Assembly: GCA_021801565.1 (NCBI GenBank)
Contig: JAJYXV010000003.1
Coordinates: 293 to 64,292, forward strand
Direction: 5' to 3'
Source of the DNA: a bacterium
Lineage (GTDB): Bacteria; Patescibacteriota; Minisyncoccia; UBA6257; GWB1-50-10
DNA length: 64,000 nt
The notes below the pieces were generated by a model. That model was not told the origin of the DNA, did no database searches, and saw only the letters and a list, made by a program, of their open reading frames with translations. Position numbers and translations under genes: made by a program. Of this stretch, positions 28,904 through 38,073 are shown piece after piece (position 1 is the stretch's first letter; each line of letters begins with the position of its first letter).

Positions 28904-29932
28904 ATGGTAATCAAAAAAAATATAGGTATTGATTTAGGAACGGACACCACACAAATTTATCTGGAGAAGAGAGGAATTATGGTGAATGAACCATCAATTG
29001 TTGCGTTTAATAACCGCACCAATAGGGTAGTTGCACACGGGGCGGAAGCAAAGACTATGCTTTCAAGAACTCCTGCACACATCACTGCACTCCGTCCGAT
29101 TGTACATGGAGTTATCGCTGATTTTGATATGGCACGCGAAATGATCCAACGTTTTTTGAAAAATGAGAAATTTCCATATTCACTTATCACAAGAATGATT
29201 GTGAGTATTCCCACGAATCTTACTGAGGTAGAACGAAAATCGGTAGAGGATCTTTTGAAAGAATCTGGAGCATCGCGTGTGTATCTTATCGAGCAACCGC
29301 TTGCAGCTGCGTTTGGAAGTCAGCTTGATATTAATCGTCCAACCGCATTTCTTATTGTCGATATGGGCGCCGGAACGACTGATATGGCAATTATCTCAAT
29401 GAATGGCATTGTCGTTTCAAAACGGCTTAAAATCGGTGGTGATTATCTCAATCAGGAAATTATAAGGGCGGTCAGAGAAGAATTAAAATTAAACATCGGT
29501 GAACCGACTGCTGAAGATATAAAAATCGGACTTGGATCTGCTGTGCCGCTTGGAGAGCGCTTGGAGATTACTATACGGGGAAGAGATGTGTTGTCGGGTT
29601 TACCAAGGGAAATATCGCTACGCGATACGCAAGTGCGTTTATGGATATCACGTCCACTAAAAGCAATCACCGAAGCGCTTAAAGATTTAATTGAAAGTGC
29701 TCCTCCGGAACTCGTGGGTGATATTTATCGAAATGGAATTTATCTTTGTGGAGGAGGAAGTTTGCTTCGCGGGATTAATCAGTTATTTGAAAAGGAAATT
29801 GGAGTATCTGTATGGATTGTCGATGAGCCGCTTACGAGTATCGCTCGTGGAACTGGGTTAGTCGCAGAAAATTTTGAAAAATACGAGCACGTTCTTAATA
29901 ATTTTTCCAATATAAAATTAGGAAATATATAG
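28904..29932 (+). CDS. MreB-like actin homologue (second paralog)
   Basis: IGIDLGTDTTQIY, DMGAGTTD, CGGGSLLRGI actin-fold motifs. Heads a mreC-mreD-mrdA cluster. Confidence 0.7.
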   Translation: MVIKKNIGIDLGTDTTQIYLEKRGIMVNEPSIVAFNNRTNRVVAHGAEAKTMLSRTPAHITALRPIVHGVIADFDMAREMIQRFLKNEKFPYSLITRMIVSIPTNLTEVERKSVEDLLKESGASRVYLIEQPLAAAFGSQLDINRPTAFLIVDMGAGTTDMAIISMNGIVVSKRLKIGGDYLNQEIIRAVREELKLNIGEPTAEDIKIGLGSAVPLGERLEITIRGRDVLSGLPREISLRDTQVRLWISRPLKAITEALKDLIESAPPELVGDIYRNGIYLCGGGSLLRGINQLFEKEIGVSVWIVDEPLTSIARGTGLVAENFEKYEHVLNNFSNIKLGNI

Positions 29933-29962
29933 AGCGATGATGAGAGAGGATATATATACACT

Positions 29963-30652
29963 ATGAAAAACTTTTTCAAGTTTTTTCTTTTTTTTATCTT
30001 TATTATATGTACGCTTACCGTGCTTATCGTGGCACATCGTGATATTGCTTCATTTTTGCATGATGGAAGTGCATTTTTAAGTTCGCTATTTTCTAGACAA
30101 TATACCATTCAGGAACTTACGCTCGAAAATGAAAGTTTAAAACAACAACTTGAGTCTCTTCATATCCCCCGCGAAAAGAAAGAGCGGTATCACTATAAGA
30201 TCGCTCGCGTATATTCACAATATCCATTCAACGATGCAGCATCGATTATTGTAGATCTTGGATCAGATGATGGTATTACAGTGGGAATGCCGGTGATGGT
30301 GAAAGAAGGGATTTTTCTTGGAAAAGTAAAAAATGTGAAAAGAACACAAAGTGAAATTGAAACAATTTTCAGTCCGGAATGGAAAATGAGTGTAAATATC
30401 GGAAAAAACATGATAAAAGCGGTATTAAATGGAGCCCCCACTCCAGGCATAGATCTCATTCCTATAGACGAAAATGTTTCATTTGGAGATAAGGTAACAA
30501 ATAATACTTCAGATTTTCCAATGGGTGCACTTTTGGGAACTATTTCAGAAATAAATAAAAATGCGAATGATGTGTGGAAAAGATCCTCTCTTAAAACTCC
30601 TTATAAAATTGAATTCCTCAACACGGTACTTATTATTGTAGACTTTCCATAA
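29963..30652 (+). CDS. mreC: Rod shape-determining protein MreC-like
   Basis: N-terminal TM, coiled-coil (ESLKQQLESL), beta-rich C-terminus. Position between the mreB paralog and mreD/PBP2. Confidence 0.5.
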   Translation: MKNFFKFFLFFIFIICTLTVLIVAHRDIASFLHDGSAFLSSLFSRQYTIQELTLENESLKQQLESLHIPREKKERYHYKIARVYSQYPFNDAASIIVDLGSDDGITVGMPVMVKEGIFLGKVKNVKRTQSEIETIFSPEWKMSVNIGKNMIKAVLNGAPTPGIDLIPIDENVSFGDKVTNNTSDFPMGALLGTISEINKNANDVWKRSSLKTPYKIEFLNTVLIIVDFP

Positions 30653-30654
30653 TA

Positions 30655-31167
30655 ATGAAAAGAAATTTTGAAGAACATATAAAGACGTTTCTTATTTTGT
30701 TTTTTTGTTTTACAGTGCTTTTTATTGTCCAATATTTCAGAATAATAACGATATTTGGGATTATTCCTAATTTTATCCTCTTGTTTTTTCTTCTCTTTCC
30801 ATTTCTACAATTCCATTTCTTATTTTTTATTTTTTGTTCAGTTCTTTATTGCGTGTTCACTTTTTTTTATGCACCATTTTGGCTTATTTCCAGCATTGCA
30901 CTTCTCCTCCCTGTTTTATTTATCTATGTAGTAAAAAAATTTCTTACCGGCAATTCTTTTATTGATTTTCTTTTCTCTGTTGCGTGTTCTACAATTCTTT
31001 TTTACATAATTTCTTTTTTACTTGCTCACACAGAATCATATCAAAACATGGTTGCTCAGTTTGTTTCTTCATTGTTGAAAATAAGTGTTGTTGAACTGTG
31101 TATCAATATGGTTTTGGGAGTCGTTATATGGATATTTTTTAAAAGAGTAGGAAAAGCACTTCGATAA
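30655..31167 (+). CDS. mreD: MreD-like polytopic membrane protein
   Basis: 170 aa, 5-6 TM. Conserved position; the call is by context only. Confidence 0.4.
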   Translation: MKRNFEEHIKTFLILFFCFTVLFIVQYFRIITIFGIIPNFILLFFLLFPFLQFHFLFFIFCSVLYCVFTFFYAPFWLISSIALLLPVLFIYVVKKFLTGNSFIDFLFSVACSTILFYIISFLLAHTESYQNMVAQFVSSLLKISVVELCINMVLGVVIWIFFKRVGKALR

Positions 31168-31179
31168 TATACAAACAAC

Positions 31180-33036
31180 ATGTCACGCAGAAATTTAAAT
31201 CTAGAAGACATACTTACCGATCGTGTAACCGAGGAGGATTTTTTAGAGGTTCCCCTGACCGATAAAGTGTTTCGATGGATATTTTTTTGTATTGTTTTGG
31301 TTTTTTTAGCTATCCTTGGACAATTTATTTATATCAACATTGGAGAGGGAAGTTTCTATAAAAATCGCGCAGTGGTAAATATGAGTGATATAAAGATACA
31401 CCCAGCTCCGCGCGGTATTATTTTTGATCGGTTTGGAACTCCACTGCTAAGAAATGAACCCGCGGTTCGCGTATTTCTTTCTCCACATGATTTCCCCGAA
31501 GATTATTCACTTCGGTCGAAAGCACTAGAAGATATTGCATCGGTTGCGAACATTGATTTTTTTGAGTTAAAGAAGATGATCGGGGAAAAAGATTGGGGCC
31601 AAGGAGAAAATTTATTGCTTCTTGATGACGCATCGCACGATCAGGTTATTGCACTTTCTGCGCTTGATCTGAAGGGTGTGTATATTGAACCCACGTTTAA
31701 GAGAGTATATGAATACCCGCTTATTTTTTCTCATGTGCTTGGATATACAGGTCTTGTGAATGCAAACGATTTGAAAAACGATATAAATCTTTCTGTTGAT
31801 GACAAAATAGGACGTTCTGGCCTTGAAGCATTTTATGATGAATATTTGAGAGGAAATAATGGAAAAGAAGTGTTTTTTAGAAATGCGCAGGGAAAAGTGG
31901 AAGAAAAACGTTCTGTACAAGAACCACAATCTGGTTTTGCGCTCCATACGTTTATAGATGCAGAACTTCAAAAATACATGTATACACGTCTTACGGATGC
32001 ACTTACCTCCCTTGGGCGAGATAGTGGTGCTGCAATTGCGATGAATCCGAAAAACGGTGAAATTCTTGGATTGGTAAGCATACCCGGATTTGATGCAATG
32101 AATTTAAAAGAAGCACTTATAAATCAGAGAAAACCGCTTTTTAATCGTGCTGTGAGCGGTATATATAATCCAGGTTCGACAATAAAACCGCTCGTTGCTA
32201 TTGCTGCGCTCACAGAGGGAGTGATTGATCCAAAAAAACAAATTTATTCGGCGGGGTACATAGAAATTCCAAATCCGTATAATCCATCACAACCGGGACG
32301 TTTTTTGGATTGGAAGCCGAATGGATGGGTCGACGTACATTCCGCACTTTCGAAGTCGAGTAATATTTATTTTTATGAAGTGACTGGTGGATTTGAAAAC
32401 CAGAAAGGTATTGGAATAATGAAATTGAAAGAATGGTGGCAAAAATTTGATCTTGATAAGAAGACAAATATAGACCTTGTAGGAGAGCAACAAGGTTTTC
32501 TTCCTGATCCCACGTGGAAAGAAAATGAGCGAGGAGAACCGTGGCGTTTGGGAGATACGTATAATGTTGCAATTGGGCAGGGTGATTTTATGATCACTCC
32601 AATGGAACTTCTGAACTATATTTCCGCAGTTGCAAATGGCGGGATTTTATACAAACCTCGTATCGTGAAGGAAATAGTCGATGACAAGGGAAATAAGACA
32701 CAAGAAATGCCTGTAGAGATCTTGAGTGATTTAAGAAAAGAAATTTCGACGTTCTTACCCGATGCACAGAATGGGATGCGTGGGGTTGTAGCGGAATCAT
32801 ATGGTACCGCGCACTCTTTAAACTCATTGCCATTTGAAGTTGCGGCAAAAACAGGGACTGCACAAATACAAAACAATGCAAAAGTAAATGCATTTTTTGT
32901 CGGATATGCGCCGTTCAAAGATCCTCAAATTGCGCTCCTCATTCTTGTCGAAAATGCAAAAGAGGGAAGTTTGAATACTATACCGGTAGCAAAGGACATT
33001 TTCCTGTGGTATTATGAAAATCGAATAAAAAAATAA
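31180..33036 (+). CDS. mrdA: Penicillin-binding protein 2 (class B transpeptidase)
   Basis: SxxK (GSTIKP), SSN and KTGTA motifs. N-terminal TM and dimerisation domain. Confidence 0.8.
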   Translation: MSRRNLNLEDILTDRVTEEDFLEVPLTDKVFRWIFFCIVLVFLAILGQFIYINIGEGSFYKNRAVVNMSDIKIHPAPRGIIFDRFGTPLLRNEPAVRVFLSPHDFPEDYSLRSKALEDIASVANIDFFELKKMIGEKDWGQGENLLLLDDASHDQVIALSALDLKGVYIEPTFKRVYEYPLIFSHVLGYTGLVNANDLKNDINLSVDDKIGRSGLEAFYDEYLRGNNGKEVFFRNAQGKVEEKRSVQEPQSGFALHTFIDAELQKYMYTRLTDALTSLGRDSGAAIAMNPKNGEILGLVSIPGFDAMNLKEALINQRKPLFNRAVSGIYNPGSTIKPLVAIAALTEGVIDPKKQIYSAGYIEIPNPYNPSQPGRFLDWKPNGWVDVHSALSKSSNIYFYEVTGGFENQKGIGIMKLKEWWQKFDLDKKTNIDLVGEQQGFLPDPTWKENERGEPWRLGDTYNVAIGQGDFMITPMELLNYISAVANGGILYKPRIVKEIVDDKGNKTQEMPVEILSDLRKEISTFLPDAQNGMRGVVAESYGTAHSLNSLPFEVAAKTGTAQIQNNAKVNAFFVGYAPFKDPQIALLILVENAKEGSLNTIPVAKDIFLWYYENRIKK

Positions 33037-33045
33037 ATATAATAT

Positions 33046-33504
33046 ATGGAAATAGTATATCTCACAAAAGATAGGTATGAAGAGCTTCAAAAGGAGCTTG
33101 ATGAGCTAAAAACGGCAGGAAGAAGACAGGTTGCTGACCGCCTAAAACACGCCAAAGAACTTGGCGATTTGTCTGAAAATTCGGAATACCAAGAGGCTCG
33201 AGAAGAACAATCAAGACTCGAGCAGAAAATCAATCAACTCGACGAACTCCTTCGTCACTCATCAATTATTAAAAAATCAAGCGGAATTGACTCTGTGCGT
33301 ATTGGTTCGAAAGTAAAAGTACAGAAGAACAAGGAGGTTACAATGTATACTATTGTTGGATCAAATGAAGCTGATCCTTCAAACGGATTTATTTCAAACG
33401 AGTCTCCCATTGGACGCAGTCTCCTTGGAAAGAAGGTGGGAGATACCACAACATTTATCACCCCAAAGGGGGAGATTTCATGTCGTATATTAGGTATAGA
33501 ATAA
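33046..33504 (+). CDS. greA: Transcription elongation factor GreA
   Basis: LGDLSENSEYQEAREEQSRLEQKINQL coiled-coil, FKBP-like C-terminus. Confidence 0.85.
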   Translation: MEIVYLTKDRYEELQKELDELKTAGRRQVADRLKHAKELGDLSENSEYQEAREEQSRLEQKINQLDELLRHSSIIKKSSGIDSVRIGSKVKVQKNKEVTMYTIVGSNEADPSNGFISNESPIGRSLLGKKVGDTTTFITPKGEISCRILGIE

Positions 33505-33666
33505 TATTTTCTTTACACTGAGTAGTTCCACCTGCCGCGAGCAGGGAAAACTCAATCGACATAGTGTGTGGATATTTACGGAAACGTTATTGTATTATAT
33601 GGACAACATACAAGATAAAAAGTCGGTGGATACAAAGGAAACACAATTGAGTTTCTACTACTCGAT

Positions 33667-35112
33667 ATGCTTGAAGAAATAATACATGATCGCAGAAAGA
33701 AATGTTCAGAATATGAAACAAAAGCTTCAGCCTTTCCTGCGGTTGTGGAGCGTTCGCATCATATTGGAGAGGTTATAAAAAATTTTGATTCGTTTCTCGA
33801 ACAAGAAAAAAAACTTTCACTTGTGGGGAGAATATTCACGCTTAGAGATCAAGGGGGTATTCTTTTTGCTGATATAAACGATGAGTCAGGGAAATTGCAA
33901 TTTGTGTTTAGCGACACGGAAACAAAGGATTTCTCTTTTATCCAAAAAACATTTGATAATGGAGATTTGATTGAGGCGCATGGAATTCCATACAAAACAA
34001 AAAGAGGTGAGAATAGTTTGTTGGTAAAAAATGCGCGTATTGTCGCAAAATCGTTGCGACCTGTACCGACAACATGGTACGGACTTGAAGACACGGAGAT
34101 GCTTTTACGAGATCGTTATCTTGACCTCCTTCTTCACGAGGATACAAAAGAGTTGTTTAGAAAAAAAGCATTATTTTGGGAAACGATCCGCGATTACTTA
34201 AAAAAAGAAAAATATCTTGAGGTTGAAATGCCGGTGCTTGAACCAGTTCCAGGAGGGGCTGAGGCACGTCCATTTATTACTCACCACAATGCCCTTGATG
34301 AAGATTTTTATCTGCGCATTTCTCTTGAACTCCCGCTGAAAAAAGTGCTCGTGGGGGGTATTGAAAAGGTTTTTGAAATTGGCAGGATCTTCAGAAATGA
34401 GGGAATTGATCGGGAGCACCTTCAGGATTATACGCAGATGGAGTGTTATAGCGCATATGAAAACTATGATGATATGATGCGATTCATTGAAGGAATGTAT
34501 AAAGAGGTGGTGAAAAAACTTTTTGGAGCACTTAAGGTGAGAATTCAAGACGCTGATATTGACTGGGGAGAAAAATGGCCCAAAGTAGATTATTATGAAA
34601 TCTTCAAAAAAGAAACAGGGATTAATCTTTCAAGTGCTACTGAAGAGCAGTTACAGAAAAAGGCGCGCGAGTTGAATATTTCTATTAAGCCTTTCTATAA
34701 GAAAGGAAGACTTATTGATCTTATCTATAAGAAGGCTGTCCGTCCAAATTTGATACAACCATGCTTTCTTGTTGATCCACCAGTCGAGATAGAACCACTC
34801 GCAAAACGCTTGGATTCCGATAAAGGACGCGTTGCCCGCTTTCAAATTCTTGCACTTGGTACAGAGCTTGGGAAAGGATTTTCCGAATTAAATGATCCGC
34901 GCGATCAGCGCGAGCGTTTTGAAGATCAGATGAAATTACGCGAAGAGGGAGATGTTGAAGCACAGATAATTGATGAAGAATTTATTGAGGCATTGGAATA
35001 TGGAATGCCTCCAGCTGCTGGGTTTGGCATGTCCGAACGTTTGTTTGCGGTGCTTATGGGGCGTCCAATACGGGAAACTGTCGTTTTTCCGCTTATGAAG
35101 AAAAAAGAGTAA
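33667..35112 (+). CDS. lysS: Lysyl-tRNA synthetase (class II)
   Basis: OB-fold N-terminus, FRNEGIDREH motif 2 region, GGIGIDR-like motif 3 (GFGMSERL). Confidence 0.85.
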   Translation: MLEEIIHDRRKKCSEYETKASAFPAVVERSHHIGEVIKNFDSFLEQEKKLSLVGRIFTLRDQGGILFADINDESGKLQFVFSDTETKDFSFIQKTFDNGDLIEAHGIPYKTKRGENSLLVKNARIVAKSLRPVPTTWYGLEDTEMLLRDRYLDLLLHEDTKELFRKKALFWETIRDYLKKEKYLEVEMPVLEPVPGGAEARPFITHHNALDEDFYLRISLELPLKKVLVGGIEKVFEIGRIFRNEGIDREHLQDYTQMECYSAYENYDDMMRFIEGMYKEVVKKLFGALKVRIQDADIDWGEKWPKVDYYEIFKKETGINLSSATEEQLQKKARELNISIKPFYKKGRLIDLIYKKAVRPNLIQPCFLVDPPVEIEPLAKRLDSDKGRVARFQILALGTELGKGFSELNDPRDQRERFEDQMKLREEGDVEAQIIDEEFIEALEYGMPPAAGFGMSERLFAVLMGRPIRETVVFPLMKKKE

Positions 35113-35115
35113 TCT

Positions 35116-36375
35116 ATGCTAGATATAAATTTTATTCGGGAAAATATCGAGGAAGCAAAAAAAATTCTTGGAAAAAAAAATGTCGATCCGAAACTTATTG
35201 ATAAATTTTTACGTCTTGATACTGAATGGAGAACCAAGACTGCTGCGCTTGATCAGTTGAAGTCGGAACAAAATGTGGTAAGTAAAGAATTGGGGAAAAC
35301 ACAGGGTGAAGACCTCCTTTCAAAAGCACAAATTTTAAAAAAACGTATTGCTGAAATTACTATAGAACGTGATGAACTTGAAAAAAAACGTAATGAAATA
35401 TTCCGAAAATTTCCAAACCCTCCGCTTGATGATGTGCCGGTATTTCCAGATGAATCTGGAAATAAAGTGTTGAGGGAGGTTGGTACGATACCGAAATTTG
35501 ATTTTGAACCAAAGGATTATCTTGTGCTTGGAGAGAAACTTGGACTCATCAATGTAAAAAAGGCAGGAGAAGTATCAGGATCTCGTTTTGGATATTTAAT
35601 GGGTGATGTAGCACTTCTCGAATTTGCACTTGTAAAACTTGCTATGGACACACTTATTCCTCATGGATTTATCCCAGTGATCCCCCCTGTGTTTGTAAAA
35701 GAAAAAACAATGCAGGCGATGGGATATGTGGATCGACGTGAAGATATGGAAGAAACGTATTTTTTTGAAAAAGATGGATTATATCTCGTTGGAACGTCGG
35801 AACAATCAGTGGGACCGTTTCATATGGGAGATATATTAAATGAGGAAGAACTACCAAAGCGTTACGTGTCATTTTCAACATGTTTTCGTCGGGAAGCGGG
35901 AAGTTATGGAAAAGACACAAAAGGAATTCTTCGTGTGCATCAGTTTGATAAGATAGAGATGTTTAGTTTTTGTAAACCGGAAAATTCTCAGGCAGAACAT
36001 GAGTTTCTTCTTTCACTTGAAGAAAAACTTATGCAAGCCTTAAAACTTCCATATCGTGTAATTCAGATGTGCACTGGTGATCTTGGGAATGTTGCTGCCG
36101 CAAAATATGATATTGAAGCATGGTTTCCTTCACAGAATACGTATCGCGAAACACATTCGACATCGAATTGCACCGACTTTCAGGCGCGAAGGTTAAATAT
36201 AAAATATCGACCAAAAGGAAAAGGTGAGAAGCCGAAATTTATACATACATTGAATGGTACCGCATTTTCACAGCGCCCCATTCTCGCGATTATGGAAAAC
36301 TATCAAACAAAAGAGGGAACGATACGGGTTCCAGAAGCATTGCAACCGTATATAGGAAAGAAGGAAATAAAATAG
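35116..36375 (+). CDS. serS: Seryl-tRNA synthetase
   Basis: MLDINFIRENIEEAKK N-terminal coiled-coil. Class II core FRREAGS...GTAFS. Confidence 0.85.
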   Translation: MLDINFIRENIEEAKKILGKKNVDPKLIDKFLRLDTEWRTKTAALDQLKSEQNVVSKELGKTQGEDLLSKAQILKKRIAEITIERDELEKKRNEIFRKFPNPPLDDVPVFPDESGNKVLREVGTIPKFDFEPKDYLVLGEKLGLINVKKAGEVSGSRFGYLMGDVALLEFALVKLAMDTLIPHGFIPVIPPVFVKEKTMQAMGYVDRREDMEETYFFEKDGLYLVGTSEQSVGPFHMGDILNEEELPKRYVSFSTCFRREAGSYGKDTKGILRVHQFDKIEMFSFCKPENSQAEHEFLLSLEEKLMQALKLPYRVIQMCTGDLGNVAAAKYDIEAWFPSQNTYRETHSTSNCTDFQARRLNIKYRPKGKGEKPKFIHTLNGTAFSQRPILAIMENYQTKEGTIRVPEALQPYIGKKEIK

Positions 36376-36400
36376 GAGTTGGCTACTCACGAGCTAATTA

Positions 36401-36440
36401 CATTCCAATATTCTGTAGAATATTGGAATGTTGTTTTTTT
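36401..36440 (+). terminator. Rho-independent terminator after serS
   Basis: Perfect 14-bp stem CATTCCAATATTCT / AGAATATTGGAATG followed by TTGTTTTTTT. Confidence 0.6.
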
Positions 36441-36480
36441 AAATTACTTTGATTTCTTATTTTTGCTACAATGAGCATAT

Positions 36481-37146
36481 ATGGGGAATTTTGGAAAGAT
36501 TTTAATTGGAGTTGCGATTATTGGGTTGCTTATCTATGGAGCATATTATGCATATACAAATTGGTGGGGGAATGGAAATGCCGATAGTGCGGTAGGAAAA
36601 GTAAAGGGTATTGCGGTTGAAGCGGTGCAGAGCACAAAAGAAAAAATATCGGAAGCACAAACAACGACAGGAGAAAAAATTGGGACATTTATAAAGGAAA
36701 AAACCGGATCGGTAATTTCCTCTATTGGAAACTCAATTTCAAGTTTTGGGGATTCTATAGTTGGCGAAAAGGTAACTACTAATCAAAATACTTCTGGAGG
36801 AAATTCAAGTATTAATTCTTCTCCACAGACAGTCGTACTATCAGGTGGTGTGAATAGTACCACCACGGAAGCTGCAACAGGATCAAATTTTGTTTTACCA
36901 CCTCCCTTTACTGCAATTATTACAAAAATAAATACACCGCTTGCGTTTTCAATAAATAGAGAGGTAAATTATTCGATTGATTGGGCAGATGGAACTACAG
37001 AAAAAGGAAAAGTTTTGGCCGGAGAAAGTATGTTAGTTTCACATGAGTGGAAAAAACAGGGGGATTATACTATTGTGTTCACTATTGTTGACTCTACAGA
37101 AAGTCACACCTATTCATTTCCTATAAGGGTATATGAGTCCCGTTAG
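36481..37146 (+). CDS. Hypothetical membrane-anchored, Ser/Thr/Gly-rich protein
   Basis: N-terminal TM, low-complexity middle. Its stop codon TAG lies inside the left terminus of the next palindromic element. Confidence 0.35.
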   Translation: MGNFGKILIGVAIIGLLIYGAYYAYTNWWGNGNADSAVGKVKGIAVEAVQSTKEKISEAQTTTGEKIGTFIKEKTGSVISSIGNSISSFGDSIVGEKVTTNQNTSGGNSSINSSPQTVVLSGGVNSTTTEAATGSNFVLPPPFTAIITKINTPLAFSINREVNYSIDWADGTTEKGKVLAGESMLVSHEWKKQGDYTIVFTIVDSTESHTYSFPIRVYESR

Positions 37147-37257
37147 AAACAGCGATCGCGCGCATAAACTATAAATTTTAGAGATATATATACTATGGTC
37201 GGATATATAAAATATACGTACACTTCGCATTTTTGATCGCGATCTGTTTCTAACGGG
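37139..37257 (+). repeat. Intergenic palindromic element, subfamily 1 (canonical copy)
   Basis: CCCGTTAGAAACAGCGATCGCG ... GATCGCGATCTGTTTCTAACGGG with an AT-rich core (GGATATATAAAATATAC). Right end abuts ATG 37258. Confidence 0.6.
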
Positions 37258-38073
37258 ATGAATAAATTTAAAAAAACTGAAATTCTTTCTGCACAACGCT
37301 CGCATAAACCGAGAAAAAAAATTCGCGTTTGGGGAATTGCGCTTATTATATTTTTTGTTGTTGGAATTCTTATCGGATTGTCTTATCTTATTTTGAATAT
37401 GCAGATGCTTAAGGTACAGAGTATAAAAGTATCGGGAGTCCGCCTTACAAATCAGAATACTATCATTTCTTCTTTTTTTGCAGAGTCGGTAAAGCAAAAA
37501 GCGTGGTTGGTGCTCCTTGGTCCCGATAACCTTCTTTTTTGGAAATTTGCCCCAGAAGAAATTTCTCCTCTGTATGTTTCTACAGTGCAAGATATAAAAA
37601 AAGACGTTAGTTTTGGAGAGAAGAAAGTTCTTTTGGATGTAACAGAACGTTCAGTGGTGAACGTACTTTGTGAATATAATGGAGGAAAGTGTTATGGAAT
37701 GGATGAAAACGGGTTTGTTTTTTCTTCTGTACCGGAAGTGCATGGTGCACTTATTTTGCGGTTTGAGGCGGGTCCAGGAGAGAAAATAATGGTGGGGAAA
37801 CAATACCTTGATTCCCCCGAGTGGACGAAAAATATTATGGAAACAATTTCGATTATGGAATCTGAAGGGTTTACTCCTAAATTAATAAAGGTAAAAGGGG
37901 TTGGACTCGAAGAGTGGGAAGCGGTAATGCCTGAAGGATTTTCTTTTTATTTTAGCCTTCACTTTATTCCTGAAAATTTCCGTTCAATCTTAAACGATAT
38001 TTCTTCAAAGACTCGTCTCGATACGCTCCAATATTTCGATTTTCGAGTGCAGAACAGAGTGTATTATAAATGA
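37258..38073 (+). CDS. ftsQ: FtsQ/DivIB-like cell-division protein (POTRA)
   Basis: Basic N-terminus, single TM, POTRA-like region (LKVQSIKVSGVRLTNQNTI). Confidence 0.45.
   Translation: MNKFKKTEILSAQRSHKPRKKIRVWGIALIIFFVVGILIGLSYLILNMQMLKVQSIKVSGVRLTNQNTIISSFFAESVKQKAWLVLLGPDNLLFWKFAPEEISPLYVSTVQDIKKDVSFGEKKVLLDVTERSVVNVLCEYNGGKCYGMDENGFVFSSVPEVHGALILRFEAGPGEKIMVGKQYLDSPEWTKNIMETISIMESEGFTPKLIKVKGVGLEEWEAVMPEGFSFYFSLHFIPENFRSILNDISSKTRLDTLQYFDFRVQNRVYYK

Noticed and set aside
33505-33666. T-box riboswitch upstream of lysS
   Set aside because: The T-box consensus AGGGTGGNACCGCG is absent. It is retained only as an unclassified structured leader.
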